From Lytechinus pictus (Eukaryota), in contig NC_087250.1 of assembly GCF_037042905.1 (NCBI RefSeq), positions 19,470,001 through 19,534,000 of the forward strand: DNA of 64,000 bases. The letters are read 5' to 3'. This document shows, one piece after another, positions 25,471-38,600 of this stretch (position 1 is its first letter; each line of letters opens with the position of its first letter). Position numbers and translations under genes: made by a program. The notes under the pieces are model-generated. The model searched no databases. It worked only from the letters and a program-made list of their open reading frames with translations, and was not told the DNA's origin.

Positions 25471-25542
25471 AGTAGAGGCGCACGGCCAATATTGGAGACT
25501 GTCTATGGAGAGAGTCTCCCATATTGGCCGTGCGCCTCTACT
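25471..25542. repeat. 30-bp-arm hairpin
   Basis: agtagaggcgcacggccaatattggagact ... agtctcccatattggccgtgcgcctctact (one mismatch). Confidence 0.9.
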
Positions 25543-26929
25543 GCTCGAGAGCCATTATAAAATTGTTAATGTAAAATGCTGCTTTTAGTACACGTGTACC
25601 CTCCCCCCTTTTATTGGTGGCGGAAGCCAAAAAAAATTGGGGGGGGGGTCCACCTGGAAAAAAAAAGGTTATCAACTAAAATTTTAGGGGGACCCAGGAA
25701 AAAAATTGACAAGGAAAAAAAAAGGGTTATCAAAAGAAAATTTAGGGGGGTCCATTTTTTTTTTACTCCTCCCCCTTCATGCAGATATATCCTGGACCCG
25801 CCTCTACTGCACTCTGCAGCCTTTGAACAAAAAAACTTACACAGCTTGTAATACACAGTCATAGTACAAATTCAAATGTTTCAAATTCAAGTTTATTGAT
25901 AAAAATAAAATCCTGACATTGAAGGATCATCAAAAACAAAGAAACATAAGAACAAAAAAATAATATAGCATAAGCATAACATAGTAACAACGAGGTACAC
26001 ACAACATACACAAAACCATATTTCATATTTTGCTCCGCCCCTTGGCTCTCCTCACGCATAAGCCTGAATCTCCCCACTTTGTACTTGCAGCAATTCAGCC
26101 ACTCTCGTGATCACATGACACATGCACACACAGCATATCCACATATCATTCAGCATTGCTGGAGTCATCAAAGTACATCTACAGTGCAACATGCAAATGA
26201 GTGTTGGCAGCCAAAAACACTAATCTCATGAATAAATTAGCATGAATATGCTCCCCCTTTTCTCTGCAAAAGATCATATGGCAACAAAAATTTAAAAGAT
26301 TGTAGAAAAATGACATTAACTACTTGATTGTAGAGCTAAACGTTACTGAATATATATATTTACATGTATATACTTCATTCTATATGAACTAATTATATGC
26401 TAATTTATTCATAAAATCATATATTCTGTTCTAATTCAGTAATTAAAGCTTGTAAAGTGCTAATTTTTGCTATACATATTCATCATGGCTTTTTTAACAA
26501 TTTTTTTAAAAAACAACTGATACCAAAGACATATTTCTTACATATTTTTTCGCTTTTGAAAATTAAATCACGTATTTCAGTATTTTGGGGGCTGACATAT
26601 ACTACTAAATGTTGCGTAATTTTAAAACCGCATACCCGAGCATCATAAATTTGGACTCAAAAGTTGCGCAAGACTTGAGGAAAAAATATTCTTGGAATGA
26701 CAAGCAATTTTCAAACATGAAATTTTTATTGCAAAAAATATTGAGGCATCACATTATGCGGCAGAATGGGTTTTAAAAATTTGATCTTTAATTACCCATA
26801 ACTACTTAACGAATGGCTGAATTTTCTTAATTTCTTTTTTGTTGCATTTCTTATGCAAAGACCTCTCATTTGATGTATCATTCGCCAATATCTTAATTTT
26901 TGGGTAATATAGCTTACATGGACATCGAC

Positions 26930-27160
26930 CGTTTCCGAAAAAGGCAGATCATGCAAAACTCAAGTTGTAGGCACTCATTCAATGAACAACAAGGTTATGA
27001 TTGTAGGCTTAATTGACAACATGCAAAAAGTTTGGACAATAGAATTAAAATCAATCTTGTTATCATGGATTTCAAGCCAGGACTTCGATGTAGTCCCTCA
27101 GTGCCTCATGATTGACTGCTTCGTAAGCTCGACTGTCTTGTACTTGGAGTTGGTGGGATG
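26930..27160 (+). pseudogene. CR1/L2-type reverse transcriptase fragment (part 2)
   Basis: Frameshifted FRK.GRSCKTQ...SLDNRIKINLVIMDF..DFDVVP...LLRKLD, the motifs that follow NYRPVSLTS in RT. Confidence 0.7.
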
Positions 27161-27180
27161 CATAATACAACTTACACGTA

Positions 27181-29015
27181 TGTTACAAGCATTGATTTCG
27201 GAAAGATTTTTCATTGAACAATTTAAATAAAAGTGAAAGTTTTAATCTCATTTCATATAGTTTCTTTTGAAATAGAAATCAAAGAGGCTTACTTTCTTTT
27301 ATAAAGAACATATAATACTCCACCCTAGATGTTATTGAAACCCTTTTTGGGAGGTCTTCATAATTAGGTCAACTATTGGCTTAGAAGACGATCTTCCCAA
27401 TGAACAATCGAATGATTCAATTTTTTTTTTGGAGGAAATAATCCAATGGTAAAATTGACATTCGTCCCAGGCCTAATATAGACATTCCTGATTCCGGCAA
27501 TGACATCAAGCCGTGGAAACTCTAAGCGATTGATTGTTATATTTGTTTTGTGAATGTATTCAATGTGTTATGTTGAAATTAGTATTGATGAAGAATAAGT
27601 TTAATCCTATTTGTGTAAATAATGAGTATGAGAGCAAAAGTGAAAGTACAGTGGACAATCAAGATACACTATTCTGGTTTCACTCAATTTTCAGAATGAC
27701 CTTTGTAATGTATTTGTAAAGTCCTTTTTCCAAATGAGGAGAGGAGACTCATTTTCCAGAGAAAGGGGATGTTTGGTAGTTATGTATTTAAAGGGGAATC
27801 CAGCCTTGGCAATAAAATGTTGTGTTGGGAAGGAGAAAAATAAATCAAACAGAATGGTGAAAGTTTGAAAGAAATCGAACAAGCAATTAGAAAGTTATAG
27901 CTGCTTTAAAATTGAGATCACTAATACTATGTAGATTTCAAATTGGCAACTGTGTAAGTAAATTATGACAAGGGGCAAGGACAACTTTCCCATAGGCCAT
28001 GTACTTTATTATCAGGGATTTGTGGTTTTCTCCAAAGTACCCATTCCCCTGGGGTATTAATCTAAATATAACCCAGGTAGTATATTTTCTTATGTCCTCA
28101 TGATAGAAAAATATAATTTGAAATAAAACTTGGGAAAAATGACATTTTAGCCATAATATGTATTGGAGTACATGGAAGAGTAGTCCTTGCCTTACATCAC
28201 TATGACATCCCATATGCAGCCAATTTGAAGTCCCCATGGGTATAGTGATTACCAATATTTACAACTTTTAAAAATTCATTAATTTCTTGTTGTTTGTCCA
28301 ATAATTTTCAAACTTTCACCCATCAACTTATCTGATTTTTCTTTTCCTTATAAAAACAAGTTTTTATTTGGGTTGGATTCCCCTTTAACTTCCTGTTATC
28401 CTTTCAGTCATTCACCTTCACTTGTTAACAAACTCCTCCAATGTCATCTAAGAATTCCACAACCCCCAATACCATTTAACTCCTAAACCCTGACCATGAA
28501 ACACCAACCCTTAGTGACGTCAGCTAACTTCAAGGAACAAAAGTTCTAAGAAGTATGACTCACACTTCCAGCCCCAGTCACTTGCACAGAGCATCACCAC
28601 ACCCCTTATGACAGAGAAAGTTTGATAGACAGTTACCTGTAGACCAATCAGACCAAGTTTAGAGATTACTCCCACCTTAAATTGTTACACCCCAAAAACT
28701 AATGACATAAATAAGACTTCTTGATTATTAGAGAGAGGATAATAGACCCACGCTCATCCATATAGACTGACTGACTTCAAGAATTAATCGTCCATCCAAT
28801 ATTAATGTAACCTCAGAATTTTAATCTTATACTTCGGAATTATAATTTATTAATTGTCTCCTGTTTTATCTGAATCTTCATTGATATCTTCATGTAATTC
28901 ATTGTAAACTGTAGCTGATTATTACGTGGTTTAGAGCTGCAATACTTTCTTCAGAGTTCATCACTTATATTCATTTAAGCTTCCCTATGTATATTTACTG
29001 ATCCCGAACACGACA
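27181..29015. mobile_element. Possible solo LTR
   Basis: Begins TGTTACA and ends CACGACA (TG..CA with short imperfect inverted ends); no TSD, PBS or PPT found. Confidence 0.3.
27792..28384. mobile_element. Kolobok-like MITE (second copy, opposite orientation)
   Basis: Same TIRs and TTAA TSD; ORF 27938-28255(-) mirrors ORF 12073-12291(+). Confidence 0.85.
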
Positions 29016-29498
29016 AAAGTATGTATCGAAAAATATATGGAGCTGGAAGAAAACTTGCAGAGCTATTTGCTGCAATGTTTTTCCTATTGAAATTATACTT
29101 TGTTACATTATCACGAATTGACCAATCAGTCATCTAGAATACTCATGAATATACCGTATATATTAAAGAGGAATATAATCACAATTGTGTCTACTTTTTG
29201 GTGCAAACTTTCTTCACAATTATTTCTCTGATTTGGTGCCTACTATTGGATGCAAACTTCCTAGTTTCACAACCATGTACTATTTGATGAAACTTTTACA
29301 ATTATTTCTAATATTTAATGCAAAGTTACATAATTATTTTTACTATTTTTTGCAAACTTTCACATAATAACTAAGTACTATTTGGTGCAAACTTTCACAG
29401 TTATTTCTACTTTTCGATGCAAACTTCCACAACTATTTGTAATATTTGACGCATATCACAGGAAAGTCTTTGTGCCATTGGGTTGGAAGTTAATCACA

Positions 29499-29634
29499 AT
29501 GTCCCTTCCAGAGATGGATCAATATTCAGATGTCCAGGTTTACTTCACAGCCAAGGAATGGGCAAAGATCAGCGTTTATGAGAGAACATGTATCAAGAAT
29601 GTCAAAGAAAACTATGAGATGATGATAAATCTTG
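29499..29634 (+). CDS. KRAB-A exon (first coding exon) of the KRAB-ZNF gene
   Basis: MSLPEMDQYSDVQVYFTAKEWAKISVYERTCIKNVKENYEMMINL(G). Matches the YF(T/S)xxEWxxxxxxExxxYxNVxxNYxxMxxLG ancestral KRAB pattern. Upstream acceptor cacag at 29461; donor G|gtaggt. Confidence 0.9.
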
Positions 29635-32600
29635 GTAGGTACATTCATTTTTTTTATTTGTTGAAGGATGATTCTATCCTGGTATTAAACCTGTAACTAT
29701 TTCACAGAGCAAACTTTCTTTTCAAAAAAAATTCTCCAAACTAAGGGGACTCCAACCCCAAAGAAATGAAGAAACAGAGGAGGTCTAGACTAAAGTTCGA
29801 ACAAAATTGTACAAATTGCAATATAATAAAAAATTGTTTTTAAAAGTTATTATCTCAACTTGACTGGCCTAAAAGATAGTAACTTGGAGAGACTCTAAAT
29901 GTAAATTGAATTTTTGATCAAAGTCTTTCAGGCCGCACAGACAATAGCATTTCCTCCAGTACCTTGTTTATTTGATCAACGTTCAAGCCGCTCAGAAAAA
30001 AAATCGCGTAGATAACTTGTTTCATCGATGAATTATCTGTTCAAATTTGTGAACTTTTTTGTGACAATTTGTTCTGTTTGTACACACAGGATTACAGGTA
30101 AATCAACCAAAGTTCATGCAACGTGTGCAAGTTATAAAGAAAGAGATCAAAGAGGAAAGTGATGGAGGGGAGGAGGAAATAGAGTCAAGAGGTTTGTGAA
30201 TGTCGCTGGCGTAATGTCATATGTCATGATGACATCTAACAGTATGTGTATCTGTAATGTACTATGTCAGAAACCTGTAACTATTTTACAGAGCAGCCTT
30301 TTTTTTCGAAGAAAATTCTCCAAACTAAGGGGACTCCAACCCCAAAGAAATCATGAAACAAACATCAGAGGAGGTCTAGACTAAAGTTTGAACAAAATTG
30401 AACAAATTTCAATTTAAAAAAATATATTTTTAACGTTAAAAGTTATAATCTCAACTTGACTGGCATGCATGTGATGTATAAGCTGGTAACTTGGAAAGAT
30501 GCTAAATGTAAGTTGAATTTTTGATCAAACTCTTTCAGGCTGAGCAGACAATATTATATGCTACCAGTACGTTGTTTATTTGATCTGTTTGTACACACAG
30601 GATTACAGGTAAATCAACCAAAGTTCATGCAATGTGTGCAAGTTATAAAGGAAGAGATCAAAGAGGAAAGTGATGGAGGGGAGGAGGAAAGAAAGTCAAG
30701 AGGTTTGTGAATGTTGCTGGCATAATGTCATATTTCATGATGGCTTCTAAAAGTATGTATATCAGTAATGTATTGTGTTAAATAGAAACCTGCAACTATT
30801 TCACAGAGCAAACTTTCTTTTAAAAAAAAATTCTCCAAACTAAGGGGACTCCAACCCCAAAGAAATCATGAAAAAACAGAGGTCTAGACTTAAGTTTGAA
30901 CAAAATTGTACAAATAGCTATATAATAAAAAATTGTTTTTAAAAGATATAATCTCAACTTGACTGGCCTAAAAGATAGTAACTTGGAGAGACAGTAAATG
31001 TAAATTGAATTTTTGATCAAAGTCATTCAGGCCGCACAGACAATAGCATTTCCTCCAGTACTTTGTTTATTTGATCAACGTTGTTCAAGCCGCTCAGAAA
31101 AAAAATCGCTTAGGAAACTTGTTTCATTGATTAAACATCTGTTCAAATTTGTGAATTTTTTTAGTGACAATATGTTGTTCTGTTTGTACACACAGGATTA
31201 CAGGTAAATCAACCAAAGTTCATGCCACGTGTGCAAGTTATAAAGAAAGAGATCAAAGAGGAAAGTGATGGAGGGGAGGAGGAAATAAAGTCAAGAGGTT
31301 TGTGAATGTAGCTGGCGTAATGTCATGTTTCATGATGGATTCTAAAAGTATGTGTTTCTGCAATGTATTGTGTCCAAAACCTGCAACTATTTCACAGAGC
31401 AAACTTTTTTTCCACGCAATTTCCCCAAACTAAGTGGACTCCAACCCCAAAAGAAATGAAAAAACATCAGAGGAGGTTTAGACCAAGGTTTGAACAAAAT
31501 TGTACAAATTTAAATATAAAAATATTATTTTTAACGTTAAAAGTTAGAATCTCAACTTGACTGGCATATAAGCTGGTAACTTGGAAAGACACTAAATGTA
31601 AATTGAATTTTTGATCAAAGTTATTCAGGCCGCACAGACAATATATACTCCCAGTAGGGGAGACCGGGGTTAGTTGGAACATTTTTGACAAAAATGACTG
31701 TAAAATCCAAATAGATTTTATTCAAGAAACAATCAATATATCAGCTCGAAGCATATATCTAAGGGCTTCAAATGTACCCCATAAAATTTTAAACTATTAT
31801 GGTTACTGACAAAAATCCACCTTGAACAAGACCATCGCAAACGTTCCAACTTACCTAATACGGGGTAAGTTGGAACATGGTATGGGGTAAGTTGGAACAC
31901 TGCATGGTCAATTATGAATTATACTAAAACTACTTAAAACTGTAATATTACATGGTTTTAGCCTATTTGCTTTATTTTTTCAAGTTCAAAATATTTGAAG
32001 TTTGGATTTGTTGAACTTTATGTTTCTATTATACAGCCACTCATGCAAGCAGACTGTGTAGTAGAATTCTGCATATTTGGGGGCGTTTGATTTTACATGC
32101 AATTAAGTGTACTATCAGCAATTTTATGTACTTCTGCATCAAATTTACAAGACAAAAATTAATTGTTTATATTTTTCACATTAATTAATTATGCAAATAA
32201 GCATATGAAATTTGCCCTAAATTTGTTTTTTGTATGTTTTTGCCTTTAACTCTATTTATTAACTCTAAACAGGCCAGGGGGGTTGAATCAACCCCCCCTC
32301 AACATTTTCTGCGATCATTCCGCCGCGCGAAATTTTTTGACCGCGCCACTCGCAGAGTTTATAATTTTAAGTCTCGCGCATCTTTTGAGACCATATTTAC
32401 GACGCCCGCGTACGCGGTTCCAAAATTATGCAACATTTTTGTAAGTGCATGTCAGACCAAAAATTGTTCCAAAACATTATTTTGTGTACAAAGTCAATGC
32501 AAATTGAGTTTTCTCATCTTATTCATAAAGATATGATTATTTTTACTTTAAACAGCTGAAATCAATTGATTTTAGCATAATTATGCTTCAAAAAGGTTGT

Positions 32601-35600
32601 GCAATAAATCTGGTGAAAAAAAACAAAGAAAAACAAAAGGTTGAAAAACAGAGAAATACATAAGAAATTCATAAAACAATAAAATACATAAGAAATTGAT
32701 TTCCAAACCAAAGTTTTTTTCAATTGCAATTGTTGAGAATGCTACAAAGAATATTTTTACCCAAAATTAGCATTCTAGGAGCCTTTTTTAATGAATTAGA
32801 GCAAAAAGTATGATTTATGCATAAATTAGCATAATTAATTCATGTAAAATAAAATCTCATTATTTTGGAAAATTTTACCATACTGCCTTATAGATTACAT
32901 CGCACACTACCAGCGTGCAAATTTTTGCGGCGCTCGCGCGATCGGCGGCTGAGATTCCAGGGGGGGGTTGAATCAACCCCCCCCCCCCCCCCCCCCCGGC
33001 CACAGAACAGCCAAAAAAGCCCGGCCTAGTAAGGGTTAAGCTAGTAGATAGCTAATTTTTGGTAAGTGTATCAATTTTCACATTTATAACAAATATCCAC
33101 CCAACATTGCAAAAGACATAATTATGTATTTTTTTATTTGTATTTCTTTGTTTTTTCAAACCTTTGTTTTTCCGATGAACTTTGTTGGGACTCTTTTGCG
33201 ATCATAAATAGCATAAAATAAATCTATTTGAACCAACAAAAGTAAAAAATAATACATTTATGACTTTTGGTTGAAAAACACAATTTGCATTGACCTTGTA
33301 CAGTACACGGAATAACGTTTTTGAGCAATTTTGGGTCCGACTTGCACGTACAAAATGTTGCGTAATTTCGAAAGCGGGCACACAGGCATCGTAAATTTGG
33401 TCTCAATTGATGCACAAGACTTGAAAGTAAAAAGTCAGCGAGCAGTGTAGTCAAAAAATTTCGCGCAACGGCGTAGTGACCAAACTTCTCAAGGGGGGCT
33501 CAAATTGACCCCCCCAGTTTGAAATGGGTTAATATTGCATTAGGGGCCTACGATAGGCCTTAAATGCACACTCAGACCTAACTGATGAACAAAACAAGCA
33601 TGGTATACAATACATGTTCAGAAGAGTGTGAAATACTTTATATATTTTTATTCATAATTATGTTTGGGGTAAGTTGGAACATGTTCCAACTAGCCCCTTC
33701 AATTTTGTTCAAACTAACCCCGGAGGCCCATTTGACGTTTATAAGCTTACAGCACAAAAAAGGGACTTCACCATGGCATATTAATAACCTCATTTTGTAG
33801 ATTGGTACAAGCGTCTATCATACCCCCAAACTGGCCAACTTGATCTATAAACTTCTCTGAAATAATAAAACATTTCTGAAAGAGAAAAAAATTACTCAGA
33901 AGGTCAAAAAACACAAATTCCTTTCTAATTTCACCAGGCTTGTTGCACATGTGTTGTCTGTAAAATGGTGGATGGCTGTTGATAATGACAAGAAATTGAG
34001 GGCAGTATTGCAGAAATTTATTTAAAGACGTTAAAGAAAATTACAATGTTTCAACTTACCCCGCGTTCCAACTAACCCCGGGCTCCCCTGCCTTGTTTAT
34101 TTGATCTGTTTGTACTCACAGGATTACAGGTAAATCAACCAAAGTTCATGCAACATGTGCAAGTTATAAAGAAAGAGATCAAAGAGGAAAGTGATGGAGG
34201 GGAGGAGGAAAGAAAGTCAAGAGGTTTGTGAATGTCGCTGGCGTAATGTTATATTTCATGATGATTTCTAAAAGTTTGTGTATCAGTAATGTATTATATC
34301 AGAAATATTTTAAAGATGTCCTAAATTATATCAAAGTATATAAGGCATTAACTCTTTCTACAGTGCGTCCCACAAAAAACAAAACTGTGATTTAGCAATG
34401 ATTTATCATAACTTAATCATAAATATAATAGACAAATGACCTACCAATGTAAAGGTTAGAATCTCCTCTTTCATGTGATATTACTGAGATTATTCCTCAT
34501 TCACGCATGAGTGAGCAAAGAAATTTGAAGAAAGGATAGCAAAAACTCTTTTTGCGGGGTGTATCTGAATTTCAAAGAGAAAATTGCATGCCTAAAAAGT
34601 TCAATATCTGCTCTTTTATTTGATACCTTAATCACAGAACATGGTCAAGAACTAAAAATGTTATGTTCCCTCGAAACAATGCTTGTATTTCCATAATTTC
34701 ATTAAATGTGTTTTCACCGGTTTCCCACAGAAGCTATTGCACGGTTAACAAAAGACTTAATGCATGGCTGATCGTCAACAAAGCAGAGTGTCGAGTGAGT
34801 TTTAAAGCTAGCCTGTAAAACTGCTTCATTTCATGAAATTATTGAAATTCAAGCCTTATTTCAAATAACCAGAACTTTGTTATTTCTTGACCATTTTCTG
34901 TAATTGAGGTATCAAATTAAAGAGCAGATATTGACCTTTTTAAAAATGTGGTTTTCTTTTTGAAACCCAGATACAGCCTGCCAAGTGACTTTTTGGTATC
35001 CCCTCTTCAAATTGTTTTTGCTCACTCATGCGTAAATGAGAAATAATAGAATATTTGTCTTCCATGAAAACACTGTCTTCTGGGAAGTTGGTGCACGGCG
35101 TAACTTGGCATTAGAATTTGGTCTGATAAGTTGTGCGAAACTTGAAAGAAGAATGTCATTAAATGTCGAATCTCACTGAGTTAACTTTTTGCTCTCCCAG
35201 GCATAAATGGTAGTACTAATAAATGGCATCAAACCACCTATTAAAGGTCAAGTCCACCCCAGAAAAATGTCTATTTGAATAAATAGAGAAAATCAAACTA
35301 GCATAATGCTGAAAATTTCATCAAAATTGGATGTAAATAAGAAAGTTATATTTTAAAGTTTTGCTTTTTTTCACAAAACATTGATATGCACAACTCAGTG
35401 TCATGCAAATGAGACAGCCAATGATGTCCCTCACTCACTTTTTCTTTTGTTTTTGTCTCACCTGCATAGCAGAGTGAGACTATAGGTGCCGCTTTTCCGA
35501 CGGCGGCGGCGGCGTCAACACCAAATCTTAACCTGAGGTTAAGTTTTTGAAATGACAGCATAACTTAGAAAGTATATGGACCTAGTTCATGAAACTTGGC

Positions 35601-38600
35601 CATAAGGTTAATCAAGTATTACTGAACATCCTGCCTGAGTTTCATGTCACATGACTAAGGTCAAAGGTCATTTAGGGTCAATGAACTTAGACCATGTTGG
35701 GGGAATCAACATAAAAATCTTAACCTAAGGTTAAGTTTTTGAAATGTCATCATAACTTAGAAAATATATGGACCTAGTTCATGAAACTTATACATAAGGT
35801 TAATCAAGTATCACTGAACATCCTGCATGAGTTTCACGTCACATGACCAAGGTCAAAGGTCATTTAGGGTCAATGAACTTTGGCCGAATTGGGGGTATCT
35901 GTTGAATTACCATCATAACTTTGAAAATTTATGGATCTGATTCATGAAACTTGGACATAATAGTAATCAAGTATTACTGAACATCCTGTGCAAGTTTCAG
36001 GTCACATGATCAAGGTCAAAGGTCATTTAGGGTCAATGAACTTTGGCCAAATTGGGGTATTTGTTGAATTACAGCCATAAATTTGAAAGTGTGTTGGTCT
36101 AGTTCATAAAACTTGGACATAATAGTAATCAAGTATCACTGAACATCCTGTGCGAGTTTCATGTCACATGATCAAGGTCAAAGGTCATGTAAGGTCAAAG
36201 AACTTTGGCCACGTTGGGGGTATTTTTTGAATTGCCATCATATCTCTATAAGTGTATTGGTCTAGTTCATAAAACGTGGAAATAAGAGTAACCAAGTATC
36301 ACTGAACATCTTGTGCGAGTTATAGTAGTTTTCAAAATCAGCACTGCTGCTATATTGAATCGCGTGATGCAGGTGAGACGGCCAGAGGCATTCCACTTGT
36401 TTATTGTTTGAATCATACAATATTTCATTTTTACAGATTTGACAATAAGGACCTACTTGACTGAACCATATAGTTTTAAACAATGCTACTTCCACATGTT
36501 CATGGAGGAATTAATCGTTGTTTCGCTTGACAATGAGGAGAAAATTAGAATATTACATATTTCTCACAATAAAATACAAAAGAAATAGTGAGTGGATGAC
36601 ATCATCAGTCTCCTCATTTGCATATCAACCAGGATGTGCATATAACTGTTTTGTGAATTTAAGCAAAACTTTAAAATGCCATAACTTATTTTACATCCGA
36701 TTTTATTAAAATTTTCAGTGTTGTGCGTGTTAGATTTTTCTTTATATATTCAAATCAACTTTTCGTTGGCGTGGACTTGTCCTTTAATAATGATCAGGAT
36801 GTTATTACTATCATATACTATGTACTACGTAAAGAAAAAAAATAAACTAAAAGTGCCCAGTCATGTAATTCTCGCAAGCATTGCGGGTGATTGCCCTTGC
36901 CCCCAACCCACCTGCAAAAAGGTTTTGAGCATGTTAAAATAATTTCAACCTGCCAATCAGACTTGCATGTGCTTCTGCTGGCAACTACATGTGAGGTGCA
37001 TGCTAGAGACTGTCAATGTAGGCAACCTGCAGGTAGCAAAAATAGTTACCTTCAAGATCCTTCTTTTTTTTTCTTTTACTGAAAAGTTCTTGAGATATCT
37101 TCCAACCTTGCCTCTGCTTTTGAAAATAGGATTAGATGTCCGTTCATCAGAGCTTTTGCAGCCTCAGCAAAGTGAAAAGAAACCGATCCTCAAGGACTTG
37201 GGAAATGGTGATCTCCTTGAATCAACAGACTTTGATAAATCCGTCCCATCACACACCAATCCAACATCATCAGGTGATCAGGGTAGTCAATCAGGTGATC
37301 TCAACACCCAGTCATGTGATCAGAAGAAAAAACAAATAGAGGGAGCTCAAGGAACTGACCAAACCCCCAAGCAGTCCCAGGGAACTTCATTGGAAGACAA
37401 TGGACAAGGAACTGGACAGGGTGGAAATCTTTCAGGTAAAGATGATTTTAAATGAAATGGAGCTGTATGATAGGAAGGACTTTGAATACTGGATGGAGTG
37501 TGTAATTATCCTTGCTGTGCCGGTCCGCCGTGAAGTATTTATATACAATTCGACCTCGTCTTATCCGGCCTCCCTTTATCTGGATCTCTATATTTTCCGG
37601 ACGCACAGTTGCAGAGATTTTTTTTATTTTTGTTTTAATCTAGTACGTGGGGAAATGGGATTTCAATCTAAAATTTCTACGGAAACTCACTTTGATTACA
37701 CACTTTTTCCAATATAGTCTATCTCTCCAATCTCATTATTTTTTATGTAAATATCTTGCCCAAATCACAGAAAGAATACAAGCATTTTATTATTTCATCA
37801 CATGCTCTTTTTATCATTAAAAAAAAAAGCCTGTCTTACTAGCACGCCCAGGCCCACAGAAATTTCTGTCCATGCCCCTGACTAGTCTTTCATTAGGATG
37901 CGGACAGCGCCATCTATCGTGTTTGAGCATACAGTTAGTATAACAATGGCTGACTTTGCTACGATGGGATGCCCAATAGGATGATCCAATTTTTCACGTT
38001 AGCCTATTAGTTTTATCAAGTCATTTTCTTTTTTTCACGATATGCTTGATGTATTCCTCAATCATTTCAGCAGGTAAATTATCCAAGAGTTTTGGCAACC
38101 AATTGAAAACATTTCCATAAAAAAAAGCCTATTATTTGTACTGACAGCATTGAAATACTGTCTGTAGGTCCACTGCAATAGATTACGTGTAGCTACCATT
38201 TGTGAGGCAGCTGCGCGTATTTGATTTTGGGTCTCCCAGATCCGGATAAATCCCTTATCCGGATCGGTGCTGGTCCCAATGTGTCCGGATAAGAGAGGTC
38301 TGACTGTACATTTATTGAGGTAAATTTTGCTAAAAACTTTCGATAGGGTTATTATACTAACGTGTATGTAGGGGCGGAGCGGATACAGGATTTTCCTAAG
38401 GGGGCGGGGGTCTTTTTTTTCAGAAAATTTTGACAAATAAAATGTTTTCACAACCAAATTGAGGTAATTTCTTCCATGAACAATGTGACCCCCCCCCAAA
38501 AAAAAAAAAGAGGGTTTCACTGCCAAATTGAGGTCATTTGTTCCAGGAAAATTTTGACAAGCAAAAAAAAAAGGGTTTTCACCACCAAATCAATGTAATT

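Noticed and set aside
37400..37717. 105-aa ORF as a candidate missing PRDM9 domain
   Set aside because: No SSXRD or SET motifs; it crosses a splice donor and runs into a MITE.
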